Shown here one piece after another: positions 1-14,269 of a stretch of 64,000 nt of DNA. The stretch is from assembly GCF_009914755.1 (NCBI RefSeq), contig NC_060930.1. One strand, written 5' to 3'. The number at the start of each line of letters is the position of its first letter. Position 1 is the stretch's first letter. The notes under the pieces are model-generated. The model did no database searches. It saw only the letters and a list, made by a program, of their open reading frames with translations, and was not told the origin of the DNA. The stretch comes from the human T2T-CHM13v2.0 reference genome, Homo sapiens. Made by a program: the position numbers and the translations under genes.

Positions 1-19
1 TCAGCATTAGACTAATAAT

Positions 20-160
20 GTGCTAAACATTTTACAAACATTGTCTCATTTTTGTCCTAACAAGAAAGCTGAGGTGTGCTTTTACTATTTTGATCATACA
101 GATGAAGAAATTGTCACATTGCTATTAAGTAAAAGAGCCAAATTTTGAAACAAGACTTTT
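20..160 (-). mobile_element. MIR SINE fragment
   Basis: Degenerate antisense MIR core (catacagatgaagaaattg). Confidence 0.5.
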
Positions 161-939
161 CTCATTCTACTAATTAAAAATGCCTTTTGTTTATAACTCG
201 ATTATAAATTATAATTTCTAATTGTATTGTGAATTATAAGCCCAAAATGAGTTGAGAGCTTTAGAAGATACATTGTCTCTCAAGAGCCGACAGGGATTGG
301 AAAATTTATAGCCTAATTTATCAAGCCTTGAACAATACAGAATTTACTTTTAGTAAGGTTTCTGTGGATGATTGCCTAATCTGGTGTAAACCAAAGAGAT
401 GCCCAGGCTTTTTAAAAATCAGGCATGCCCATAACTAGCATGATTATTTTCATTCAGGAATCCCAAGGGATCTGTTTCAATGGCTAAATTTCCTTGAAAA
501 TTCAATTATTCCTCAGATCATCCAATACTCAGTTGTGAAGTACCGTATTATGAAATCCACATGGTGGTAGACGCCCTAACTGTGTTTGTTCTTCTACAGT
601 AATCAGACATCAAAGGTATTTATATTTCTTAATTTAAAATGTCTTATTAAAAATATAAAGCTATCTATTTAAATCTTGGTCATTAAATGGGCTGCTCAAA
701 CATGTTAGAGAAATCAGCCATTTTTATTTTATTTCATGTTATTTAAATAATTACATTCAGCAAATTTCAGGCAGTATTGCCATGGTCGTACTCATTTTTA
801 TGTTGACTTTTTGTTTGGATTCAATGCGTTGACTTTAAATGTAGCTTCTCCATGCTCACTTCCTCACTTTCAGGAGGTGGCATGATTTGCAATCAGAGAG
901 ACTTGAGCTAGAAATGGCCATACCATGGCACCTCTCACC

Positions 940-1110
940 TGCCACAGAAAGGTGTGTCTTTGGGTGAGCTATATATCATCTCTGGGTTTCAGTTTCCTCA
1001 CTTGTAGAATGAACATAATGTGTTTACTTTCCAGGCCAATTTTTAGGTAAGCAGAGATAACGTATGTCACCTGAACACATATAATCAGTATTCAATAACA
1101 TGTTATTAGA
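940..1110 (+). mobile_element. MIR SINE fragment
   Basis: MIR core tctctgggtttcagtttcctcacttgtagaatg. Confidence 0.65.
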
Positions 1111-2579
1111 TAAATGATAGACATTATTGTCTACAATCTTCTTAAGTCACTTTACATCAACCTATTATGTTGATAGGACTAATGCCAGTTATTTTTCATA
1201 TTTTTCTTTTACCAACTATAATAATTACAAAATTAGATATGCAGAGCTAATAGCTTTGCTTCTTTCTCCACCCCTGCAAAACACAAAAAACAAACAACAG
1301 AACAAAAACAAAATGTCTTAAGAAGAAAGACAATTTGTATCAAGATTCTTCAGAGAACAATCTATTTTTCCAGAGTTATTTACATTACTCTGGACAATCA
1401 TTTTCCCCAGATGCCCTTTCTGTTGTGTCTTGTGCTTTAAAGTTTGATTCTTCTGCCATGTCGTCTATGAGTCGTAGAAATATGGATTAAATATCCCCTT
1501 TTTATAGCCAATAATGGTGCTAATCACTGTCTTACCATTGTTACATTATAGGTATATGTGATTGCACATAATATCCAATTTCCTCTGTCTCATTCTGTCT
1601 TAATAAAACATTTCCAAAATTCTTAAAATTTTTTGGATCTCCCTTCTACCTCGCCTAAAAGTATTGATGATATTTCACCAGCCCAGAAATAACCACTCAG
1701 TTTTCTTTACTGCTTTGTACTATAAGAATATGTTCACATATATTATTTTCATATGCATTTTATAAAAAGGCACATGTATAACTTTAATCATTTTCCAATT
1801 CCCACCAACCCAGAACCTCACAAAATTTCCATAAGTGATGATAGAGTTATATTCTGCACCACTGTTGACTGAGGGCTGCTAAATAGTGTCACAGAGGAAT
1901 TGGCAAGTAAAGTGACAGCACACATGAGTCATTATTTTTTAATTCAGACTCCAAGCCAGGAAACTTCCTTCATTCCAAAAGGACTTTAAAACTCTATGCC
2001 TTCCATGGTCCAGTGTAGAGTATAATTGCTGATTTTTACAGATAGTTACATCCAATTTAGAGACACTGAGAGTTGAAGATTCCATAGCCACACTTTTGTA
2101 CAGCAGTTTTGAGGAAAGCAAAATGCTTGTATTAATTAATGAATTAAAACTCAAAATAGCAGGAAAGCAGAAATAGATAAGAAATAATATGAGTCAGAAA
2201 CCAGAAATAAATATACCTGACTCAGATGTACACTTAGAAAAAGTCCATGTTAGGTGAGAACAAGGAGGCACTGGAGACATTTTCATGTGCCTCATCACTT
2301 GAATAGTTTGTGATATGTAATTATGTAAAGCTCAGAAACCACTTCAAGCTTAGAAACAGCATAGCAGGTTTGTTGTATGTTTTAATTCAAATGTGATTCT
2401 TAGATACATGTTTTATTTTCCTTTCTCCTCCCTGAGCTCAGCAAGCATTTTATACTTGAGAACTGTTGCCGATTAGCTAACACATTTTTGGCTTAAGTAT
2501 ATTTACTATCTCCTTGGTCTTCTCTAAAGATTGAGATTCTCTGTCCCTGCATATTTCAGTTGCCTTTAATAAGATATAA

Positions 2580-2966
<387 letters not shown>

Positions 2967-4703
2967 TAAGTAGATACGGGAGAAGGCATTATTTAAGAGA
3001 TTTTGCAGTCTGTATAACAGGATGGTAGTGCCATTTGTAGGAGTGTGACCAAAGTGTGCAGTGCTTATTATTAATTTAAGTGTGGGTTGAAGGATTAGGG
3101 GGAATTTTAGAGAGAATAAAGTGAAAATTATCAAGGCTTGCTAAGATTTTAAATTCTAAGATATTCTGCTTACTTTTTCTTTATGGTCACAAATGAGATG
3201 GGAGATAGTATTCATTGAGGATACAAAAGAAAGAATCAAAAATATTTTAATTGTTAAAAATATAGGCGTTCTCAAATATAATTTGATAGGATTTAACATT
3301 ATGATCATAATAGAGAAAGTTCCAAAAGTCATCATTACAATTTTAAGTGAGAGGTAGAAAGAGTATAATCAAGATTATTAATATATATTTATGTAGCTGA
3401 AGTCAAGATCAAATTTTCTTATGCTCTGTAATTGCCTCTATTTTTATCATATGATTTGAGCTCAAAAGATAGTACCATATTCCTTTAGCCATCAGACATC
3501 TCAAAGATATAATCAATCAATGTTAAAAAACTAAAAAAGAAATTATTTCTTATTTAGATAAAAATCTCCTGAAAATTTTCATCCAGAAAGGCTCTAGGCA
3601 GAGTATAAAGAATCTTCTGGGTTCTTGTCTGTGTTCCCTATAGGACTGTAAGAATTCCTGCGTACACAACAAAATACTAAAGTAGTAGATACAATTGAGT
3701 ACAGTGACCCCACAAAAATTTAAGCACATATAGCAGCAGCCACCAATGAATGATACAAATCATATGTCCACAGAATCATTAGCACAAAATTACATTTTAG
3801 CGTCTTTCCTAAGTGGATGAATAGCCTAAAGTTAAATCTCATGATAGTCAAAGACCATGTTAATAAAATCAGACACTAGGGGAATGAGAGAGGCTCAAGC
3901 CTTAGTGCTTAAAATATTTTTATCCTAAGCCTGCTATATGTTGAATGTGTATGAGAAAGTCATTTTAGTTAATCTTTCTAGATGCCTATACAACATTTAA
4001 TAGTAGTCATTTATTTGACAATCTGTTTCATTCCACTGCCAGATATTTTTTTCCAATAAGAAATGCAACTTTGTATAACTTAGTTTTCAAATTTTTTCAT
4101 TAATAATTTCAGATACTTCACTAAAGGGAAAGTTTCTCAAATTGAAATTAGGTAATAAAAGCTGATGAAAGGCTTTTGTTGTGTCGGGTTTGAGATCTTA
4201 ATAATGCTAGAGATGCCTTAAGGGAAAAATTCCACATACTAGTGACAGCATGTTTTATAACATCTTTTTTTTTGAAAATTGCAGCCATTTATGAAAAATA
4301 ATAGTCATTTCAGTTAACTTATTAGTACAGCACATGTAGTTAAGGGTACATGCACATTAATTCCTGCTACTCATGTTTTCAGTTTGAAAAATGATTAATC
4401 TTACATGCAAGTTACCTTAGGATACAATTATAAGTTTCTCAGTTTCATTTCAATGCATAGTAATCACCCATAGTAACTGAAGTATTGAATTAAAAGTGAC
4501 TTCTTAGAACGCTGTCTCCATAAAAATAAAGAACACTCAATTACAGAACACAAAACGTCAGTGAAAGATCATGTATTCCATTTGTTCCCAAATGTTGGCC
4601 TGTGGAAGTTGTCTATTGGTTACGTGTGTCCCACCGGGGCAGCTTACTGAGAACAAAAGTGCCTGGTCTCACTGTGAGACACAGGTGGTAACGGAAGCCC
4701 GAG

Positions 4704-4855
4704 GCCTTGCTACTCAAAGTGTGGCCCTGGGCATGCAGGTTGATGTCACCTCAGAGCTTTTTAAGTAATCAGAATCTCAGGCTCCCTTCCACCCCATTTT
4801 AAAAGATCTCCAGGTAATTCATATGCACATGAGAGTTGGAGAAAGTGTGGTCTAG
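4704..4855. mobile_element. MER5-type hAT-Charlie MITE
   Basis: ctactcaaagtgtggcc...cagaatctcaggc...ccaggtaattcatatgcacat..agttggaga pattern. Confidence 0.65.
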
Positions 4856-5958
4856 GATGCCAGGTTTTTGTTTGCTTTATTTGTTTTCAAAACACTCAGT
4901 TGATCCATAGAATATCAAATGACATTTTTCCTATACCACTTGAACTTAGGGCAGCAGAGGATTAAAGCAATTATTATTGAAAGGGGTTTTATGTGTTTGT
5001 TTTCTTTATCAAAGTCTTTGTCTTTAAAATTCCTGCAGAATGTGAAATAGGATGGCGAAAACTGAGAGAAAAGGCATTCCTGGATGAATGGACAGAGCAT
5101 CAGGAAATGATCTATGGTGGAATATGCTGCAGAAATCAATGACTATAGATTGTAACTAGAGCTAACTTTGAGAAAATCATGTGCAAGGAGAGATTTAAGA
5201 TTTCTGAGAAAAAATCGACTGCTATTCCTGAGTCACCAGACCTAGGAAAACATAGATTGTGCCCTCAATATGTGGAAAGTTATTCTGGCCTAATGAAATT
5301 AACACAAATGACGAGATCTGCGGCAGATGAGTATGTGCAAACAGTAGATGCAAGACGTGTGTGGAGAAACAGGCTATTATAATGAAATACGAAGTGATCT
5401 TTTTTCACTAATGTTATTTACATATTACATCACTCAGGAGTTACCGAATGTGTACTCATGAAGTTAAATATTCCATTTGAACCTGACAGATTTTTTTCCT
5501 GCTTTTCTAGTTATTTGCTTTGGGTGAAGAAATAGTAAAAGACCACTGGAGTTTTCTAAGGCATATTCTACACATTTGGGCAAACTGCTTTTAATCATGA
5601 TCTTTTGCATACAGGAACTGCAGGCATTTCTCTTAAAAATTTTCAAAAACAGTGTTATCATATATAAAGAAAAACAGAACATGCAACCATCCTGAGATAA
5701 AGAGGAAAGTAGGCAAGCTAGGCAGAGACAACTCCGTGGGATCAATGAGCATGGATGGCATTTCAAATGACTTTGTGTGAGCTCAAGATGAGGTCTGTGT
5801 GTCAGGAAAATGATATAATTGGCGAGGGGCAAGATTTTTGTAGGATGTGCCAAATACAGCTGGCAAAATTTGGACAAAACAAGAAGAGAATGCAGAACAG
5901 ATCATTACAGAGATAACAATCTAGCTAAATAGTTTTATTTTTTATGTTTGAATATTAT

Positions 5959-6032
5959 TAAATATCCTTTATAATTTTATAAGTGATTTTATAATTATTT
6001 TATAAATATCCTTTATAATTTTATAAGTGATT
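5959..6032. repeat. 30-bp direct repeat, period 44
   Basis: taaatatcctttataattttataagtgatt at 5959-5988 and 6003-6032. Confidence 0.85.
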
Positions 6033-6129
6033 GCAATTATATAGAGATATATATGAATGCGTGTATACATACACACTGATATAAAATAAATGTGTGGAAA
6101 GAAAATTATGAGTTTTTGTCATTAATCTA

Positions 6130-6281
6130 TTATTACAGCATTAAGTATGAGTTTATTATTGATAATATGCAAGACATTACATGAGGCAATGGGAATGGAA
6201 CATAAATAATGCAAGCTCCCTGCTGTTAACTAATATACATCTTCATGGGGAGAATTCGGAAAAGAAGATACCAAGGTTGAA

Positions 6282-6342
<61 letters not shown>

Positions 6343-6660
6343 CATACACACACACATTATACTTCTTATGTATACTATTATATACTATATACTATATACT
6401 ATATATTATATACTAAAGACTATATTATTTATATATATATATATATAAAAATCAGGGAGAATAAATAGAATGAAATGGTCAAGTTTGGAGAATGAGGAGG
6501 CATAGAGCAGTGTTTAACAAACGCTTTGTATAGGAACTCTACTTTGAATTGAATCTTCAAAGATAAGAAGGTGTTAACCAGGACACAAGAAGGCAGGGGC
6601 CAGCAGTGTCATGGCAGGCGAGAGACGTCCAGACAGCCAGATACTTGGAAAAGTTCATGC
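6130..6660 (-). mobile_element. Degenerate L2 fragment interrupted by microsatellite
   Basis: Weak similarity to antisense L2 3' region (ctccctgctgttaac...catggggaga; actttgaattgaatcttcaaagataaga). Confidence 0.4.
6283..6447. repeat. (TA)n/(CA)n compound microsatellite and AT-rich low complexity
   Basis: ~28 TA units followed by CA and TATAC-type repeats. Confidence 0.95.
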
Positions 6661-7509
6661 CCTTCTCTAACACATGCAAAAGATTTGTTTTTTTATTTTC
6701 AGTGTAAGGTTTGTGATCATCAAACAGAAAGACTTTCTGGACCTGTAAGACTTTTTTCTCATTATTAATAAATAAATAAGAAGCTTTTTATAGTTTGACT
6801 TTTCTGTCTTCAAAGAAGAAAGGTCATCCTGCTAATAAACAGAAAAACTAGACAAGCCTTTCCTGTTGTGACTCATTTGACACATTCTTAGTCTATTTAA
6901 AGTTTTAGAGATAACCAGGTCTAATTGGAATCGCTATGATAGCTTTGCCCATTGCTCATGTGTGGCTAATATTGGTGGCATTAATGGACAAGTAACTAAT
7001 GTACAGAAAAGCATGATTAAATGAAAGTCTTTTCAAAGGTTGTGCACACTGTTTGAAAAGCCATTTAAAGAAATAGTTTATTTCTTCCAAGTGAGTTGGA
7101 ACTGAAGCACAGCTGCTGTTTCTCCCTGGAGATCGATGTCTCGAAGCACATAGTTCAGATCAGTCAATGTGATAATCTTTCCTGTCAAACAAAGTACCTG
7201 CCTGTTCAAAGTCATGCTGGACAAGAAAGATGTTCTTTGTGCTGCCAAAAGATTCCAAATAAATAAGGATAATAATCATGTTCTCGCCGTTTTATGAAAT
7301 ATTTCTGTCATTCTCAAGGAAAAGGATTAGATCAGGGCATCAAATTACAATTTCACTAAAGCATTCTCAGATTTTGCTACCCTTTCAAATGGTTAGAAAA
7401 GTCTAGAAGAGGAATGTTGCTTTTTAAAAAATGAATTACAGAATACCACTGAGGTTGAAATCACAGGAAAACATTTTTAAATATAAAATCTTCCTGGCTG
7501 AACAACAAA

Positions 7510-8202
7510 ATTTACCCCTTTCCCACCTGACGTACTGGAAAGTTGTGGAAATGAGACAAAGTCCAATGTTATTTTCCTCAATCTTAAGGCCCGATGATTC
7601 CATAGCCAGCTACTGAAGAGACGAAAGGGAGTTAAATGCTTTTGAAATCACCTAATTCATGGAGATATTATCAATAGAATAAATGAGACCTGAAGTATCA
7701 GAATGGCAGTTACATTTTATTCAAAGTTTTTCTATTTCTCTTGATGCCAGAAAGGCCTATTTTTTGCCAAGGAGACACTACAAGAAGCACTTCCCCAAAC
7801 CAGGATGACCCATGGGACTGATACACCCTTTTCCTGTGACAGCCACTTTCATCCGGGATTTCATTCAGCTGAACAATTTCCTGGAAAGAGGTTAATGCAA
7901 TACGGATCCTTCATTCAAAAAAAAAAATATATATATATATATATATGAATTTTGCTAGTTTCTGGCACCAAGAGAAATAGAAAAACTTTGAATAAAATGT
8001 AACTGCCATTCTGATATTTCAGGTCTCATTTATTCTATTGATAATATCTCCATGAATTAGGTGATTTCAAAAGCATTTAACTCCCTTCCGTCTCTTCAGT
8101 AGCTGGCTATGGAATCATCGGGCCTTAAGACAGAGGGAAATAACATTGGACTTTGTCTCATTTCCACGACTTTCCAGTATTTCAGGTGGGAAAGGGGTAA
8201 AT
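7510..8202. repeat. Long inverted repeat: 244-bp arms (7510-7753, 7959-8202), 205-bp spacer
   Basis: Manual alignment of arm 1 to the reverse complement of arm 2: 9 mismatches, no indels (~96% identity); arms not recognisable as a TE. Confidence 0.95.
7917..7946. repeat. Poly-A plus (TA)n
   Basis: A-run followed by ~10 TA units. Confidence 0.9.
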
Positions 8203-8203
8203 C

Positions 8204-8215
8204 ATATATATACGA

Positions 8216-8251
<36 letters not shown>
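8204..8251. repeat. Interrupted (TA)n
   Basis: atatatata cgattc then ~17 AT units. Confidence 0.9.
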
Positions 8252-8253
<2 letters not shown>

Positions 8254-9579
8254 AATTTCTTATTAAAAGTAGCATAATATTTTGAAAAGTTCTCTTTGAA
8301 TTTCAAGTGATTTGTTATAGGAAACAAAATGTGACATATTGTCACATTGTGACATAACAACATGTCTCTTTCCTTTCAGAAGGAATGAGCACTATCATTT
8401 TGCATTTTGTTAGTTTACTAATGTGCTTAGTGATAGGAGTAGTTTATGGAAATAAGGACTCACTGTTCAGGCCGGACTGTCAGTCTTAATTTGACGTGAC
8501 TCTAAAGGTAGGGATATTTAAAACCATTTTTACAAAGTAAGTGTTAAGAAATACTCTATAATAAGAATATATTTCTTTTTCTACCATCGTCACCATCTTT
8601 GGGGTCTGTTAGCTGTCTCAGCATTGAAAATGATGAGCTTAAAAATCACTGACCTCCCTTCCCTGCTCTGCCGCTTCAGTTTGTCAAAGTGTTCAGAGAG
8701 TGATCATTTGCAGTCATGGAAGAATTATGTTTAGTCATGCACGAGGCCGAGTGAAACAAAAAATCTGATTTCTTTTGATAGGGAGAAAAGTAACAATTTC
8801 AATTTTTCACACTACTAATTGTCTTTCTCAGCAGAAAGTGCATTTCATTTTCGTTATTGATGTTGTGATGAGTGGGAAGGACAAGAGCCAGAGTCAGGGG
8901 ACCTGAACTAATTAATCCTCTTGCTCATCTTTGGGGAGCAGGCAAGGTGTTTATTTACCATTTCTGTAGTTTGCTTACCACATCAGTCCAATGCATGCAA
9001 GATGATTCTGAAGATTACTTTAAACTCTAAAATACTATGATCATTAACGTTGTTATTGTTATCACTTAAAAGCCCTTAACTGCCTTCTATGAAATATTTC
9101 AGAAAGCAAACCATATATAATCCCTCAAAGTTAGATTACTGCAATATAAAATACATGATATTTATAAGGATTTACGGAAAACAGAGAGATAATTTCTGAA
9201 CTGAAACTGTAGCCTTAGCTACGGTTATACAATGCTGACTGAGCTCCTAAACTGAGGATTAAAGTCTTTTCTGGCTTCTAACACATCGTGATTGATTCAG
9301 AGATGTGCACATAACTCAAGCTGGAGGAATGGGAATAAAACGTGGGTGTTGCAGTAACTGTAGACACAAGTGGGAGAGAATTATTGATTGCCCACAACAT
9401 GAATTGCATTGTATTATGTGCTTTGGATATTTGGGATTTTACTGAGAGAAAGGCTTTAGTCTCATAAAAGTGTAACATAAAATCTATCCTCTAGAAAAGA
9501 GTAGCATTTTCCAATTACCTTATACATAAAGGTAAAATTTATATAGGGAGATTGAGTGGCATGTTTGCCAGAAGAAATG

Positions 9580-10200
9580 GCTAATTATAGCTAACACATT
9601 GTAGCGCCCATACTAGTTTGCCAGGGATGCCGTAACAAAGTACCACAGCCTGGGTGACTTAAGCAACAGGAGTTTATTTTCTCATAGCCCTGGAGGCTGG
9701 AAGTCTGAGATCAAGATGTTGGCAGGGTTGGTTCCTTCTAAGGGCTGTGAGATCATCTGTTCCAGGCCTCTCTCCTTGGCTTGTAGATGGTTGTCTTCTT
9801 TCTGTGTCTTCATATCCTCTTCCCTCTGTGTGAGCCTGTATTCAAATTCCCTCTTCTAAGATTGCCTAATATTGAATTAAGGTTCATTCTAATGGCCTCA
9901 TTTTAATTGAATTACTTGTCTAACGACTCTATCTCCAAACACAGTTACAGTCTGAGGCACTGGGGTTAGAAATTCAGCATGTGAACTTTTGAGGCACACG
10001 ATTCAGCCCATAAGAGTACCTAACAAGGAAGTGCAAAGCCCTTTGCTAAAAACTTTATATAAATTAACTCATTTAATTTTTTCACAGCCTTGTAAATTCT
10101 ATAATTATCCATAGAAGTTATGTAATTTGTTTCAACAAGAAAGTGGCAAGACAAAGATTTTAACTCAGTCCATATGGCTCCCAAGTATTTGCTTTTAACC
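9580..10200 (-). mobile_element. MIR interrupted by an MLT1 LTR
   Basis: tagctaacacattgtagcg before the LTR; taaattaactcatttaat...ttaactcagtccatatggctcccaag after it. Confidence 0.55.
9610..10014 (-). mobile_element. MLT1B/C-type MaLR solo LTR
   Basis: gccgtaacaaagtaccacagcctgggtgacttaa...ctggaggctggaagtctgagatcaag...attcagcccataa. Confidence 0.85.
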
Positions 10201-10209
10201 GAAGTTTGG

Positions 10210-10963
<754 letters not shown>

Positions 10964-11829
10964 ATGAAAGCATAGTAGGGAAAGAGCTAAAGTTTAGAGA
11001 AATTAGGTGATTTTTTTTTTTGTCAGAATATGTAAGCTATATTCTGATAGATAAGAAAAATGGAATTAAAAATATACTGTCATTATAAGGCTTGATACCT
11101 GTTAAGAAACCTGCTATAAGATTAATTTCATATTCCAGTTTTGCTCTCAATGAAATTATTTCTTTAGAAAAATTTTTATTTCTGTGGCACATAATTTAAA
11201 TATATGGCTATGATAGACACTTTCGGCTATTTTGATTGCAAAAAAATTTTAAAACTTACCTAACTTAAGCCTAATTCAAAACATGCTTATGTCGAACAGT
11301 TTAAAATCAAATATTATTGAAGTAAGCATCAAGTTCAATGATGAAATATTGATATTTGGTCATATGAGGTCTCAAATCAAGAATTCATCTTTTTTTAGAG
11401 AAAATTACATTGAGCTATAAAATTAGAAAGAGGAAAAACTGGAACAGCAATGAGAATTTTTGTTGTCATGACATTGTTGTAAAATATCATTTTATTTGAA
11501 GTAATACTTTTTAAGACTACAGAAAAATGTGTTCCTTTCCTGTTTAGAAACAAAAGCCAGTTTAAAAATATAGCCCAAGAGGGATAATAGTTGAATACTT
11601 GGAATACTTCCCTCTCCTTTCTACAAAGTAGAAAAAATTGACAAATTAGACAAAATATAGATTTCAAAGTAGAGAAAAAGAAGGAATCCCATGGAGTGTG
11701 CTAGAATTGTATGGTCAAATTATGTAGAGGTGACTTCGAAGCCAGGGACTTTCCAAGGCAGCTTTCCAGCTTTTCAATGCTGTAAGTTAAATATGTTGCT
11801 GTTATGAGTTTAAGCAAATTGTTATCATT

Positions 11830-13690
11830 TAGAGAAATTAAGAGTTTAAAAAGAAAGTATTTTTATATTTATTTGTTGCCGGATACTTTTCCTTTTTTTA
11901 TATAGATATGAGTTTCTCATTTGTACAGTCTTCCTTATACCTGATAAGTCCTTTTCACATTTCTGATATTACAGGTCTGCTGACAATAAATTGCCTCGGT
12001 TTTGTTTGTCTGAGGAAATATTTCTTTTCAACTTTTTAAGAATTATTACATTGGATATTGAATTCTAGGTTGGTAAGATATTAGTTTGGTGCAAAAGTTA
12101 CTGCGTTTTTTTTTTCATTGAAAGTCATGATAAAACCCACAATTATTTACGCAGCAACCTAATATTTTTTCTTTCAACATTTTAAATATTTCAGTCCATT
12201 CTTTCTCTCTTTTTTTTCCTTCATGGTTTCTAATGGGAAATATGCTGCAATTCCTACCATTGTTCCTTTATGAGTAAGACATTTTCCCTCTGGCTTCTCT
12301 CAGGATTTTCTCTTTGCCCTGTTTTTCTGCAGTTTGAATATGGTATACATATATGTGATTTTTTTTTTTGGTTCTTGTTATTTAGGTTGTTTGTTTTTCT
12401 CTCATCTCCTTGGGTCTGTTGTCTCATATCCGTCGATAATTTTGAAAATATTTCTTCTGCTCCGTTTCATCTTTCCTCTCATTCTGGTATTTCAATTATA
12501 TGTATTTTGCAATTTTTGATATTTTGCCCCAGCTCTTGAATGTACTGTTCTGATTCTTTCTTACTATTTTTCTTTGCATTTCACTTAGGGAAGTTTCTAT
12601 TGACTTAACTTTGAGCTCACCAAATCTTTTCTATTCTACGTAGTCTATTAATTAGTCCATTGAGGACAATTTTCATTTCAGGTGCTGTGTTTTTGATTTC
12701 TAACATTTCCTGTTATTGTTGGAGTTTCCATCTCTGCTTATATTATGCATATGCTTTTGCATGTTATCTGTTTTTCCCATCAGAGCCCATATTAATCATA
12801 GTTATTTTAAATTGCCTAATAGTTCCAATGTTTGTATTTTATGAGAATGTGACTCTGATGATTGCTTTATCCCTTCACACTGTTTTCCTTCTTGCTTTTT
12901 TGGCCTGCCTTATTTTTTATTGAAATCCAGACTTATTAAATAAAATAGACTGAGGTAAATAGTCCTTTAGCAGGAGGATTTATGCTAATTTGGCCAACAG
13001 TTTTTCTGTGTTTAGTGATTGTTGTAGCTTTGGATACCAGAGGATACAATTTTGTTCAGTGTTTTTGTTTTAATCTGTCTTTGCTCTGGTTCTTCCCTAA
13101 ACACTTCTTCTCAGAGAGAGTCTGTGCTGGCAGCTCTTACACCTTAATCCACTATGCATTTTTCTGGATTCTTATTGGTAGGGTTATAAGGAGTGGGAGG
13201 TGGGGAGTGTTCTTTGCCAGTTCAATTAAATCGCAGTCACTTAGTGGGCCTGTGTGTAGGGCTGTAGTCTTCACATGTGTTTCAATCTCTCCTCTAGTAG
13301 TAGAGTTGTTTTGGGCCCTGCCCACGACTCCCTTCCCTGGCTGGCACATTTCCAGTGGATTTCCTTGAATGCCTAACTCCCACAGGCCCCGTAAAACTAC
13401 ACTTTGCAGAGTTTCTTTGTCTCATGCTGGCTCTCACTCAGCCTGAGGAATTCAGACATTTAAGATTGCCTCCCAGTTTACAGCTCTTTTGGCTTTTGCT
13501 GTAGGCAAGTGGCCTTTGGTTGCTATATATCCCTGGAAATACCTGCCTCTTTAGATTTAGGGTAGTGATTTGACCTGGGACCTCAGTTTTCTTATGGGAT
13601 CAATAAAAACAATTGATTTTCAGGTTTTACTTGTTGTAGGGATGGGAGTAATGACTTCTAAGCTCTTTATGTATCAAAGATGAAGTTGAC
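11830..13690 (-). mobile_element. Old L1M (ORF1/5' region) fragment
   Basis: T-rich antisense L1 sequence: ttttgtttgtctgaggaaa...gaattctaggttgg...ttttctgcagtttgaatatg. Confidence 0.7.
12081..12162. mobile_element. MADE1 (Hsmar1-derived) MITE
   Basis: TIRs ttagtttggtgcaaaagttactgcg / cacaattatttacgcagcaacctaa with TA TSDs at 12079-80 and 12163-64. Confidence 0.9.
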
Positions 13691-13960
13691 AATAGCTGTC
13701 TTTAAGTTTAGGAAATGTTTAAAAGGTTCACAATAACTTATATCAAAGATTCAACTATTTATTAACAAATAAGTTTATGAAGTTGAGGTTTAAATGGACC
13801 TTTAATAATATAGGTCTTAAGTCCTAATTATATTTCTGGTACTGAAAATATTTTAATCAGAAAATAGCGTTATTCAAAATATATAAGCAGACTTTGGTTT
13901 ACTTTTTCAGTCTGTGGAATGCAACACAATATGATAAGATTTCCTACCACAGCACCACCT

Positions 13961-14269
<309 letters not shown>

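Noticed and set aside
5464-5877. 137-aa minus-strand ORF and nearby 60-75 aa ORFs
   Set aside because: Non-ATG start, no recognisable domain or convincing splice pattern; expected by chance.
6181-6468. 95-aa ORF with YI repeats
   Set aside because: Artefact of the (TA)n microsatellite.
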